A stretch of 64,000 nt of DNA from Streptosporangiaceae bacterium (lineage in GTDB: Bacteria > Actinomycetota > Actinomycetes > Streptosporangiales > Streptosporangiaceae), in contig DASXMW010000029.1 in the NCBI GenBank assembly GCA_036495425.1, positions 802-64,801 of the forward strand, given 5' to 3'. Every line of letters starts with the position of its first letter. Position 1 is the stretch's first letter. Positions 1 to 8,317 of the stretch are shown piece by piece. The position numbers and the translations under genes were made by a program. The notes under the pieces were generated by a model. It did no database searches. It saw only the letters and a list, made by a program, of their open reading frames with translations, and was not told the DNA's origin.

Positions 1-297
1 GTGCTCGGCATCCTGGCCGAGGGCAGCATCGTCCGCATCCTGAACCCCGAGGAGGGCGGCGGTGCGGACGGCGCCGAGGCCGGCGGGTCCGGCGGCGAGG
101 TGAGCGCCGCGGTCAGCGGCGGATTCCTCTCGGTGTCCGACGACCAGATTTCCATCCTCGCCGTCGACGCTCAGCTTGGCCGCGAGGTGGACACGTCGGC
201 GGCCCGGACCGCGCTGGACGAGACCGGCCCGGACGAGGAGTCCGCCGAAGTCAAGTACGCCAGGGCCCAGCTGCGAGCCGCGGGCGAGCAGGCCTGA
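1..297 (+). CDS. atpC: F0F1 ATP synthase epsilon subunit, C-terminal part (5' end outside window)
   Basis: ORF enters from window edge; sequence ...ILAEGSIVRIL...SILAVDAQLGREVD...AEVKYARAQLRAAG resembles epsilon subunit C-terminus; followed by DUF2550 gene as at actinobacterial atp operon ends. Confidence 0.7.
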   Translation: MLGILAEGSIVRILNPEEGGGADGAEAGGSGGEVSAAVSGGFLSVSDDQISILAVDAQLGREVDTSAARTALDETGPDEESAEVKYARAQLRAAGEQA

Positions 298-309
298 CGA
301 GGGCCGGGG

Positions 310-759
310 GTGGGAGGTGCGCTGGCTCTCGACGCGGCCTGGATTTTCGCCGCCTTCCTTCTCGTCCTGGTCCTGATCGCGACCGGTATCGCCGCCCGCC
401 GCTTCCTGCTGGAGCGCGGCGGCGGTACCGTCGACTGCGGCCTGCGCCGGGTTGCCGGTGAGGGCACCTGGCGCCCCGGCGTCGCCGCCTACTCCGGCGA
501 CCAGTTCCGCTGGTACCACCAGTTCAGCGTGGTACTGAGCCCGCAAGCCATCCTGGAGCGCCGCACGCTGACCGTGGCCTCCCGCCGGATGGCCACCCCG
601 GCCGAGAGCGCCGCCCTCGGACCGGGGCTTTTTGTTGTCGAATGCGAGGTCGGGGGCCGCGACCGCGTCGAGCTGGCCATGTCCGAGGCCGCGCTGACCG
701 GCTTCCTGTCCTGGCTGGAGGCCGCCCCGCCCGGCTCCTACCTGAACCAGATCGCCTGA
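310..759 (+). CDS. DUF2550-like membrane-anchored protein
   Basis: N-terminal TM helix (WIFAAFLLVLVLIATGIAA) then FRWYHQFSVVLSP motif; conserved position right after atpC. Confidence 0.7.
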   Translation: MGGALALDAAWIFAAFLLVLVLIATGIAARRFLLERGGGTVDCGLRRVAGEGTWRPGVAAYSGDQFRWYHQFSVVLSPQAILERRTLTVASRRMATPAESAALGPGLFVVECEVGGRDRVELAMSEAALTGFLSWLEAAPPGSYLNQIA

Positions 760-766
760 GGCTCTG

Positions 767-1363
767 CTAGCGCTCCCCGCCCGGCTTCCAGAGGACGTCG
801 CCGTGGCCGGCGTTGGCCTGGCGGCCCAGGATGAACAGCAGGTCCGACAGCCGGTTCAGGTACTTGGCGGCCAGCGGGTTCACGGTGTCCCCGTGCTCGG
901 CGCAGGCGGCCCAGGCGCTCCGCTCGGCCCGCCGGGTCACGGTCCGCGCCGTGTGCAGCAGCGCCGCGGCGGGGGTGCCCCCGGGCAGCAGGAAGCTGCG
1001 CAGCACCGGCAGCCCCTCGTTGTACTGATCGCAGGCCTGCTCCAGCCGCTCGATGTAGCTGCCGTCGATCCGCAGCGGCGGGTACGGCGGGTTCTCGCTG
1101 ATCGGAGTGGCCAGGTCCGCCCCCACGTCGAACATCTCGTTCTGCACCCGATTCAGCAGCGCGACCAGCTCCGGCCCGGGCTGCCCGAGCGCGATCGCCA
1201 CCCCGATGGCGCAGTTGGCCTCCTCCACGTCGGCGTAGGCGGCCAGCCGGCTGTCGGTCTTGCTGGCCCGCGACCCGTCGGCCAGCGCCGTGCTGCCGTC
1301 GTCGCCGGTCCGGGTGTAGATACGGGACAGCACCACGGGTTCGTCCCTGCGGTTCGGTGGCAT
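767..1363 (-). CDS. PduO-type cob(I)yrinic acid a,c-diamide (cobalamin) adenosyltransferase
   Basis: N-terminus IYTRTGDDGSTALADGSRASKTD..., helical bundle rest; good codon bias. Confidence 0.85.
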   Translation of the reverse strand: MPPNRRDEPVVLSRIYTRTGDDGSTALADGSRASKTDSRLAAYADVEEANCAIGVAIALGQPGPELVALLNRVQNEMFDVGADLATPISENPPYPPLRIDGSYIERLEQACDQYNEGLPVLRSFLLPGGTPAAALLHTARTVTRRAERSAWAACAEHGDTVNPLAAKYLNRLSDLLFILGRQANAGHGDVLWKPGGER

Positions 1364-1876
1364 GCCCCCACCCTATGGGCCCGGCCCCTCGCAGCCCCGG
1401 CCCCAGCTCCAGCCCCAGCCCCGGCTCGGCCCGGCGGCCCCGGCCCGCCGGGCCCGGTGGGCCAAGGCGCCGGCGCCCGGCGCCCGGCGGGCACAACGTC
1501 GGCCCTGCGCGGACGCGCCGAATGCGTCCCAAATGCGTGACGCAATTACGCTATGTAGGGAACAGGATGCCCGGTCTATCCGGGCATGCCGGTCACGCAT
1601 ACGCAGCGCGATACGCCGGTACCAAAAAGTGATCAATAACTGACCTGCGGGTATTCACTTTCAGCCGGGCCTGTGGCAGGGTTATCGACACGCAGGGTAA
1701 ACAGTCAAGATCGAAGAGTAGTCCAATGACGGATGATTTTCGGTCATAACCTGCGTCCGGCTGACTGCGACCGCTAACTCTAAGTAGCGGAACAGTCGCC
1801 AGCCGGGGCCCGATGGATCTCGGGGGCTCATCGGACCCTGGTGTTTCGGGGGAGCGCTCCCGGTCGGTACACCCGG

Positions 1877-1921
1877 CCGGGAGCCACCCTCGCCCCGGGA
1901 GCCACCCTCGCCCCGGGAGCC
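1877..1921. repeat. Tandem repeat, 18-nt unit CCGGGAGCCACCCTCGCC x2.5
   Basis: Counted directly in sequence; non-coding region 3' of aldehyde dehydrogenase. Confidence 0.9.
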
Positions 1922-1984
1922 TCCCGCAGTGCCGGGTCACTCCAGGCTGGGAAGGCTTTTCCGCAGCACGTGCGGCAAACCCTT

Positions 1985-2024
1985 CCCAGCCCGGCCCAGC
2001 CCGGCCCAGCCCGGCCCAGCCCGG
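1985..2024. repeat. Tandem repeat, 10-nt unit CCCAGCCCGG x4
   Basis: Counted directly in sequence. Confidence 0.9.
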
Positions 2025-2054
2025 CCGCCCCCAGACCCACGAGCCCCAGAGGCC

Positions 2055-3596
2055 TCAGGAGCGCGGGCCCCGGCGGCGGCCGTGCAGGAACCGCACCATC
2101 CCCAGGGTCCGGTTCAGGTCGCGCTCGGTCCGCCCGAACGAGGTCAGGTTGGCCGGGGGCTTCATCCACTGGCGGGCGATGGACTTGGCCCGGGTGAACT
2201 CGCGCAGGCCGTCGGCCCCGTGGATCCGCCCGAACCCGGACTCCCCGACCCCCCCGAACGGCAGGGCCGGGACCAGCATGAACGACACCACCGAGTTGAT
2301 CGCGGCCGCCCCGGACCGCAGCGACCGCGCGGCGCCCAGGGCCCGCCGCCGGTTCCCCGAGAAGATCGTCGCCCCGAGACCGTAGGAGCTGGCGTTGGCC
2401 AGGCGGACGCCTTCTTCCAGGCTGGCCACACGCCGCACGGTCAGGGTGGGGCCGAACGTCTCTTCCCTGACCGCCGAGGCATCCTCGGGCACGTCGGTCA
2501 GGATCACCGGCCGGACGTAGCCGCCGTCGATGGCGTCGTCGGCCGATTCCAGGGGACCGGGCAGGGCCCGGCCGCCGCGGGCGACCGCGTCGGCCAGGTG
2601 GCGGCGGATCACGTCGATCTGCGCGGGCATGGTCATGGGGCCGTAGGCGGCGCCGGGCTCGCTGCCGGGGCGGAGGCCGGAGACCCGCTCGGTCAGCTTG
2701 GCCAGGAACGTTTCGTAGACCGGGTCGGCCACGTAGACGCGCTCGACGCCGATGCAGGTCTGGCCGGCGTTGGACAGCCCGCCCCAGGCGGCGGCGTCGG
2801 CGGCCGCGTTGAGGTCGGCGTCGGCGTCGACGATGAGGGCGTCCTTGCCACCGCATTCGGCGATGACGGGGGTCAGGCTGCCGGCGGCGGCCGCCATGAC
2901 CTTGCGCGCGGTGGCGGCCGAGCCGGTGAAGGCGAGCTTGTCCACGCCGGCCGTGGTCAGCGCGGCGCCGGTCCGGCCGTCGCCGGTCAGTAGCTGCAGC
3001 ACGGGCTGGGGCGCGTCCCGGCCCGCGGTCTCGGCGAACGAGCGGACCAGGTACTCGCCCACGGCCGGGGTGAACTCGCTGGGTTTGAACACCACCGCGT
3101 TCCCGGCCGCCAGCGCGTAGGCGATCGAGCCCATCGGGGTCAGCACCGGGTAGTTCCACGGGCCGATCACGCCGATGACCCCGAGCGGCTGGTATTCGAC
3201 GGTGGCGGCCAGGTTGAGGGCGGCGACGCCGCTGAACACCCGGTGCGGGCCGAGCACGCGCCGGGCGTGCCTGGCGGCCCAGTCGATGTGCAGGATGGCC
3301 AGCACGATCTCGAGCTTGGCGTCGTCGGCGGGCTTGCCGGTCTCGTCGTGCACCAGCGCGGCCAGCCCGTCCAGCTGCTGGGTCAGGCGCGACTTCCAGT
3401 CCAGCAGCCGCCCGCGCCGGCCCGGCCAGCCCAGGGTGGCCCACCAGCGGGCGGCCTCGCGGGCGCGGCTCACCGCCACCGCGGCCTCCTCCGGCCCGGC
3501 CACCGGGAACGCGGCGATGACCTGCCCGGTGGCGGGATTCAGCGTTTCGAACGTGCCGGTCTCCCCGTCGGTGCGGGGAGTCTGGGAGGTTGTCAT
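2055..3596 (-). CDS. NAD(P)-dependent aldehyde dehydrogenase family protein
   Basis: ALDH motifs (FTGSAATARKVMAAAA, ECGGKDALIV, EETFGP); start set at ATG 3596 (MTTSQTP...) rather than ORF-track 3641. Confidence 0.85.
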   Translation of the reverse strand: MTTSQTPRTDGETGTFETLNPATGQVIAAFPVAGPEEAAVAVSRAREAARWWATLGWPGRRGRLLDWKSRLTQQLDGLAALVHDETGKPADDAKLEIVLAILHIDWAARHARRVLGPHRVFSGVAALNLAATVEYQPLGVIGVIGPWNYPVLTPMGSIAYALAAGNAVVFKPSEFTPAVGEYLVRSFAETAGRDAPQPVLQLLTGDGRTGAALTTAGVDKLAFTGSAATARKVMAAAAGSLTPVIAECGGKDALIVDADADLNAAADAAAWGGLSNAGQTCIGVERVYVADPVYETFLAKLTERVSGLRPGSEPGAAYGPMTMPAQIDVIRRHLADAVARGGRALPGPLESADDAIDGGYVRPVILTDVPEDASAVREETFGPTLTVRRVASLEEGVRLANASSYGLGATIFSGNRRRALGAARSLRSGAAAINSVVSFMLVPALPFGGVGESGFGRIHGADGLREFTRAKSIARQWMKPPANLTSFGRTERDLNRTLGMVRFLHGRRRGPRS

Positions 3597-3691
3597 GGGG
3601 CACCGCCGTCCTGCCGAGGCCTGGGGTGTTAAGTAAATCACTGGGCGGCCGCCCGAAACTACCCGCCAGTAGCCAACGACCGGGAGACCCG

Positions 3692-4897
3692 TTGCCGACT
3701 CGTCCCTACGTGCTGATCAGCTGCGCCATGTCGGTGGACGGCCGGATCGACGACACCGGCCCGGAGCGGCTGGTGCTGTCCGGCCCGGCCGACCTGGCCC
3801 GCGTGGACGAGCTGCGGGCCAGCTGCGACGCGATCGTGGTCGGCGCGGGCACGGTCCGGCGCGACAACCCGCGGCTGCTCATCCGCGACCCGGGGCTGCG
3901 CGCCCGCCGGGTGGCGGCCGGGCGCCCGGAGCACCCGGTCCGGGTGACCCTGACCGGTAGCGGTGACCTGGACCCGGCCGCGCGGTTCTTCAGCCCGCCC
4001 GCCCCGCCGGGCGTGCCCGCCCCGCCGTGCGCCCCCGCCGCCCGCAAGCCGCTGGTCTACTGCGCCCGCCCCGCCGTCAAGGCCCTGCGGGCCCGGCTCG
4101 GGACCCTCGCCGACGTCATCGACGCCGGCGACCCTGCTTCCGTCCGTTTCATGCTCCAGAATTTGGCCGAAGGTGGTTGTGCTCGCGTCCTGGTCGAAGG
4201 CGGGGCGACCTTGCTGCGCGAGGTTCTGGTGTCCGGTCTCGCCGACGAGCTGGAGCTGGCGGTGGCCCCGTTCTTCGTGGGCCAGGAGGCGGCCCCGCGC
4301 TTCGCGCTGCCCGGCCCGTATCCGGCCGGCCCGGCCGACCCGATGACCCTGGCCGAGGTGCGCCGGGTCGACGGGCCGGGTGAGGAGGGCGGGCGGGGCA
4401 GCATGGTGGCCCTGCGCTACCTGCTCGGCCCGGGCGGCGCCGACACCAGGTTCGTGCGCGCGGCCATCGAGCTGTCCCGGCAGTGCCCGCCGTCCGACAC
4501 CGCGTTCGCGGTCGGCGCGATCGTGGTCTCGGCGGCCGGGGACATCATGGCCACCGGGTTCTCCCGGGAGCAGGAGGCCGACGACCACGCCGAGGAGGTG
4601 GCCCTGCGCAAGCTGGACCCGGCCGACCCGCGCCTGGCCACGGCCACGATCTACAGCTCGCTGGTGCCGTGCGGGGCCCGCGCGTCCCGCCCGGTCACCT
4701 GCGTCCAGCACATCCTGGCCGCGGGCATTCCCCGGGTGGTGTTCGCCTGGCGCGAGCCCCCCATCTTCACCGAAGGCCGCGGCGCCGAGCAGTTGCGCGC
4801 GGCCGGCGTCACCGTGGTCGAGCTCCCGGACCTGGCCGAGGACGCGGCCGCGGTCAACGCTCACCTCACGGGGCCAGTGCCTCGACTCCCGCGATGA
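3692..4897 (+). CDS. RibD-like bifunctional protein with swapped order: N-terminal RibD_C-type reductase domain, C-terminal CDA-type deaminase domain
   Basis: PYVLISCAMSVDGRID...VVGAGTVRRDNPRL (reductase) then HAEEVAL...PCGARASRPVTC (zinc deaminase motifs); start uncertain (TTG 3692 in frame). Confidence 0.6.
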   Translation: MPTRPYVLISCAMSVDGRIDDTGPERLVLSGPADLARVDELRASCDAIVVGAGTVRRDNPRLLIRDPGLRARRVAAGRPEHPVRVTLTGSGDLDPAARFFSPPAPPGVPAPPCAPAARKPLVYCARPAVKALRARLGTLADVIDAGDPASVRFMLQNLAEGGCARVLVEGGATLLREVLVSGLADELELAVAPFFVGQEAAPRFALPGPYPAGPADPMTLAEVRRVDGPGEEGGRGSMVALRYLLGPGGADTRFVRAAIELSRQCPPSDTAFAVGAIVVSAAGDIMATGFSREQEADDHAEEVALRKLDPADPRLATATIYSSLVPCGARASRPVTCVQHILAAGIPRVVFAWREPPIFTEGRGAEQLRAAGVTVVELPDLAEDAAAVNAHLTGPVPRLPR

Positions 4898-5552
4898 ACA
4901 GGTCGATGCCGAACCGGTAGTGAAAGTCGGGATTGACGGTGGTGAACGGGACCGCGCACTCGACCAGGCGGGGGTACTTGTCCGCCGGCAGCAGCGCGAT
5001 CTTGACCTGCTTGCGCCGCTGGTGCTCGGCCCGCTCGGCCTCGGTCAGGCTGGCCTTCACATCGGGTTCGAAGCCCGGCTCGCTCATCACCAGCGAAAGC
5101 GCGGTCCACATCCCGGCCCGGGTGATCTCGCTGGCCTGCTCGGGGTCGAAGCCCGCGCCGCGCAGCAGGCCGAGAGCGATCTCGGCCGCCCGCATCGGGC
5201 CCTCGCCCTCCTTCTCGTGCATCAGCACGAGCTGAGCCCCGGACGGGTGCGCCCGCATCACCCCGACCAGTGACTTCATGATGGCCCGGAGCTGATCCGG
5301 CCACGACGCCGACTGATCGAGCTCGAGGTCGACCTCGCTCCAGATCTGATCGCTCAGCCCGGACAGCAGCTCTTCCTTGCTGCGGAAGTGCCAGTACAGC
5401 GCCATCGGGGTGACGCCGAGTTCGGTGGCCAGCCGCCGGATGGTCAGGGCGTCGACCCCATCCCGGTCGGCCAGCTCGAGGGCCCGGCCGACCACCGCGC
5501 TCTTGGTGAGCCGGGGCCGGTCGGGAGCTTCGGTGTCTGCTTTTGCTGCCAT
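4866..5552 (-). CDS. TetR family transcriptional regulator
   Basis: N-terminal HTH LTIRRLATELGVTPMALYWHFRSKEELL; start at ATG 5552 (MAAKADTE); divergent from MFS gene. Confidence 0.85.
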   Translation of the reverse strand: MAAKADTEAPDRPRLTKSAVVGRALELADRDGVDALTIRRLATELGVTPMALYWHFRSKEELLSGLSDQIWSEVDLELDQSASWPDQLRAIMKSLVGVMRAHPSGAQLVLMHEKEGEGPMRAAEIALGLLRGAGFDPEQASEITRAGMWTALSLVMSEPGFEPDVKASLTEAERAEHQRRKQVKIALLPADKYPRLVECAVPFTTVNPDFHYRFGIDLFIAGVEALAP

Positions 5553-5604
5553 CGCTTGACAACTATACACCGTACAAGGCAGCCTGTACCACGTACATAT
5601 ACGA

Positions 5605-5616
5605 CGTACATGTACG
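5605..5616. promoter_or_regulatory. 12-bp perfect palindrome CGTACATGTACG within a cluster of GTAC(A) half-sites; candidate TetR operator
   Basis: Lies in the tetR/MFS divergent intergenic region; several further CGTACA/TGTAC copies at 5570-5635. Confidence 0.4.
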
Positions 5617-5678
5617 GCGGATAGATTCGGCGTACAGGGCACGGGCGGAACCGAGACGACGGAAAGAGGCGGTGCCGA

Positions 5679-7136
5679 ATGTCACGGCGCTGGTGGGCTC
5701 TGGTGGCGGTCAGCCTGGCCACCCTGATGAGTTACCTGGACAACAACGTGGTGAACGTGGCCTTGCCGACCATCCAGCGCAGCCTGAACCTGTCGGTGTC
5801 GGGGCTGGAGTGGGTGGTCAGCAGCTACCTGCTGGTGTTCGCCGGGCTGCTGCTGGCCGGAGGGCGGCTGGCTGACCACTACGGCCGGCGCCGGCTGTTC
5901 CTGATCGGCCTGGGCGTCTTCACCGCGGCGTCGCTGGCCGCCGGGCTGGCCGGCAGCGGGGCGGTGCTGATCGCCAGCCGGGCCGTGTCCGGTCTCGGCG
6001 CCGCCCTGATGGTGCCGACCACGCTGGCCATCATCCTGGCCACCTTCGACGATGTGCGCGAGCGGTCCCGGGCCGTCGCCATCTGGACCGCCATCGGCGC
6101 CCTGGGCCTGGCCTTCGGCCCGCTGGTCGGCGGCTTCATCAGCCAGCACCTGCACTGGGGCTGGATCTTCTTCATCAACGTCCCGATCGGCGTGATCACG
6201 GCGGCCATCGCGCTGCCCGCCATGGACGAGTCCCGCGGCCGCGCGGCGGGCCAGACCCGGCGCCTTGACGTGCCCGGCCTCGTCGTCTCGGCCGTGATGC
6301 TGTTCTCGCTGGTGTACGCGCTGATCGAGGGCCAGGACCGGGGCTGGACGTCACCGCTCATCCTGGGGGCCTTCGTCCTGTCGGCGCTGGCCGCGGCGGC
6401 CTTCGTGCTGGTGGAGAGCCGGGCCGAGCACCCGATGGTGGCCCTGTCGCTGTTCCGCAACCGGGTGTTCAGCGGCGGTAGCACCACCATGATGCTGTGG
6501 GCCTTCGGGGTGTTCGGGATCTACTTCTTCACCGCGCTCTACCTGCAGGACATCCTGGGCTTCTCGCCCACCAAGGCCGGGCTCGCGTTCGTGCCCATGG
6601 CCCTGGCCATGGCCGCGACCTCCTTCCTGGCCGGCCCGGTCACGGCCCGGATCGGCACGCACCGCACGGTGGCCCTGGGCATGCTGCTGATGGCGGGCGG
6701 CCTGGTCCTGTTCACCATGCTGGGCCAGCACGCGACCTTCGCCGGCATGATGCCGGGGTTCCTGGTCTTCGGCGCGGGCGGCGGCCTGATGAACATGCCG
6801 CTGACCAACGCGATCCTGGGCGCCATGCCGCCCGAGCGGTCCGGGGTCGCCTCGGCCCTGCTGAACGCGTCGCGCGAGGTGGCCGGGTTGCTCGGGGTCA
6901 CCGTCATCGGCGCGGTGCTGCGGTCCCGCCAGAGCGCCGAACTGCGGGCTGGTACGCACCCGGCGGCCGCGTTCATCGACGGCTACCACGCCGGGCTGAT
7001 CCTGACCATCGCGCTGACCCTGGCCGGCGTGGTCGTCAGCTACCTGGCCCTGCGCCGGTACGCGACCCGGCCCGCGGCCCAGGATGAACTGGCCACCACT
7101 CCGGAAACCCCGGTCCCGGCGGGGGACAGCGCCTGA
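5679..7136 (+). CDS. MFS transporter, DHA2 (EmrB/QacA-like, about 14 TMS) drug-efflux type
   Basis: MSYLDNNVVNVALPTIQRSLN..., GRLADHYGRRRLF motif, multiple hydrophobic segments. Confidence 0.85.
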   Translation: MSRRWWALVAVSLATLMSYLDNNVVNVALPTIQRSLNLSVSGLEWVVSSYLLVFAGLLLAGGRLADHYGRRRLFLIGLGVFTAASLAAGLAGSGAVLIASRAVSGLGAALMVPTTLAIILATFDDVRERSRAVAIWTAIGALGLAFGPLVGGFISQHLHWGWIFFINVPIGVITAAIALPAMDESRGRAAGQTRRLDVPGLVVSAVMLFSLVYALIEGQDRGWTSPLILGAFVLSALAAAAFVLVESRAEHPMVALSLFRNRVFSGGSTTMMLWAFGVFGIYFFTALYLQDILGFSPTKAGLAFVPMALAMAATSFLAGPVTARIGTHRTVALGMLLMAGGLVLFTMLGQHATFAGMMPGFLVFGAGGGLMNMPLTNAILGAMPPERSGVASALLNASREVAGLLGVTVIGAVLRSRQSAELRAGTHPAAAFIDGYHAGLILTIALTLAGVVVSYLALRRYATRPAAQDELATTPETPVPAGDSA

Positions 7137-7170
7137 CTCTCCGTCAGGCGCGAGCGGCCGGCGGGTGGCG

Positions 7171-7932
7171 TCAGAAGCCACCCGCCGGCAGCGTGCTCAG
7201 GTCCACCTCGCTGGTCTCGCCGATGCCGTGCACCGCGGTCACGGTGGCCCAGCCCTCCCGGACCAGGGCCCAGTCGCTGTCGGCGGCGACGTTGCTCCCG
7301 AACTCGGCGAACGTGACCGGGATGGCGCCCCCGCGCAGCTCGCCCACGGTGACCTTGGCCGACCCGTAGTCGGCCAGCCGGGCCGCCCGCAGCCCGCGCA
7401 CCTGGTCCAGCGGCCGGTCCGGCACGTTCAGGTTGACCATCACCGCGGGGACGGCCCGGGGCAGGTACCAGTCCAGGGCCCGGGCCGACACCGCCTCGGC
7501 CGTGTCCCAGTGCACGGAGGCGTCCCGGGCCAGCGAGAAGGCCATGCCGGGCAGATCCGCCGAGGCCGCGGTGAGCGCGGCCCCGACCGTGCCCGAGTGC
7601 AGGATGGCCCGGCCCAGGTTCGGCCCCCGGTTGATGCCGGACAGCACGATGTCCGGCCGCCCGCCGAAGCCGCCGTGCACGGCCACGAACGCGATCATGG
7701 CCGGGGTGGCCCGCACCGCCAGCGCGGGCACGTCCTCCAGCCCGTCCAGCTTGCGTTCCTCGGCCAGCAGGTGGCCGCCGGACTCCAGCGCCGACATCAT
7801 GGCGCTGGTCCCGCTGCGTTCAGAATCGGGGGCGGCGACGGTCACGTCCAGCCCGGCGGCCACCGCCACCCGGGCCAGCAACCGCACCCCTGGACTGTCG
7901 ATCCCGTCATCGTTGGTGATCAGTGCGCGCAT
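7171..7932 (-). CDS. surE: 5'/3'-nucleotidase SurE
   Basis: MRALITNDDGIDSPGVRLL...SGINRGPNLG motifs. Confidence 0.85.
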   Translation of the reverse strand: MRALITNDDGIDSPGVRLLARVAVAAGLDVTVAAPDSERSGTSAMMSALESGGHLLAEERKLDGLEDVPALAVRATPAMIAFVAVHGGFGGRPDIVLSGINRGPNLGRAILHSGTVGAALTAASADLPGMAFSLARDASVHWDTAEAVSARALDWYLPRAVPAVMVNLNVPDRPLDQVRGLRAARLADYGSAKVTVGELRGGAIPVTFAEFGSNVAADSDWALVREGWATVTAVHGIGETSEVDLSTLPAGGF

Positions 7933-7934
7933 TA

Positions 7935-8254
7935 CGTCATATAAGCACTCGGCACCGACGGCAGCGGCCCCGGGCCCGGCTGGACCAGGCCGCCGCCGTC
8001 ACCCCGGCCCAGTGGCCGTCCGGGACCGCGGCGGCCGCGACTGGAAATCGCGGTCCCGGCCCAGGTCAGCAGCCGGGTGCTCCCCTCCGCAGCCCGGGCA
8101 GATGAGCCAGCACGTGGCCGCGGGACCACCCCGCCACCCGCGACGGCCCGCGCGCCTGGTCGCCGCACCGCCCGTCCAGTTCGGCCACCAGATCCGAGGT
8201 GGCCCCGGCCGGCCGCGCCAGTACCGGCCCGATGGGGCCCGTGGCCTGCGTCAC
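7935..8254 (-). pseudogene. Remnant of a mycothiol-dependent maleylpyruvate isomerase (MDMPI_N/DinB-like) family gene, frameshifted and truncated
   Basis: From GTG 8254 (AGAGGA RBS upstream): ...DLVAELDG...PSRVAGWSRGHVLAHL, then the expected continuation (ARAAEGSTRLLTWAGTA) appears in another frame; far too short for a full-length family member. Confidence 0.45.
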
Positions 8255-8317
8255 CGGGGGTTCCTCTTTTGCCGCAAACGCGAAACTCGCACCACAAAGG
8301 CACGGTAGCGTCACCGC

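Noticed and set aside
1364-1800. Cobalamin riboswitch upstream (minus strand) of the cob(I)alamin adenosyltransferase gene
   Set aside because: It seemed a logical place, but I could not find a B12-box-like element or the conserved GGGAA/GCCACTG-type core on the minus strand. An Infernal scan would be needed to settle it.
1877-2024. Possible CRISPR array (short direct repeats)
   Set aside because: The repeats are contiguous tandem copies (18-nt and 10-nt units) with no unique spacers, and no cas genes are present. They are simple tandem repeats.
1828-3603. 591-aa minus-strand ORF overlapping the aldehyde dehydrogenase gene in another frame
   Set aside because: It is an Arg/Gly/Pro-rich nonsense-like sequence. 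The 2055..3596 frame carries the ALDH catalytic motifs.
3597-3691. FMN riboswitch upstream of the RibD-like gene
   Set aside because: The intergenic region is only about 95 nt, shared with the divergent aldehyde dehydrogenase, and lacks the conserved FMN-element sequence blocks.
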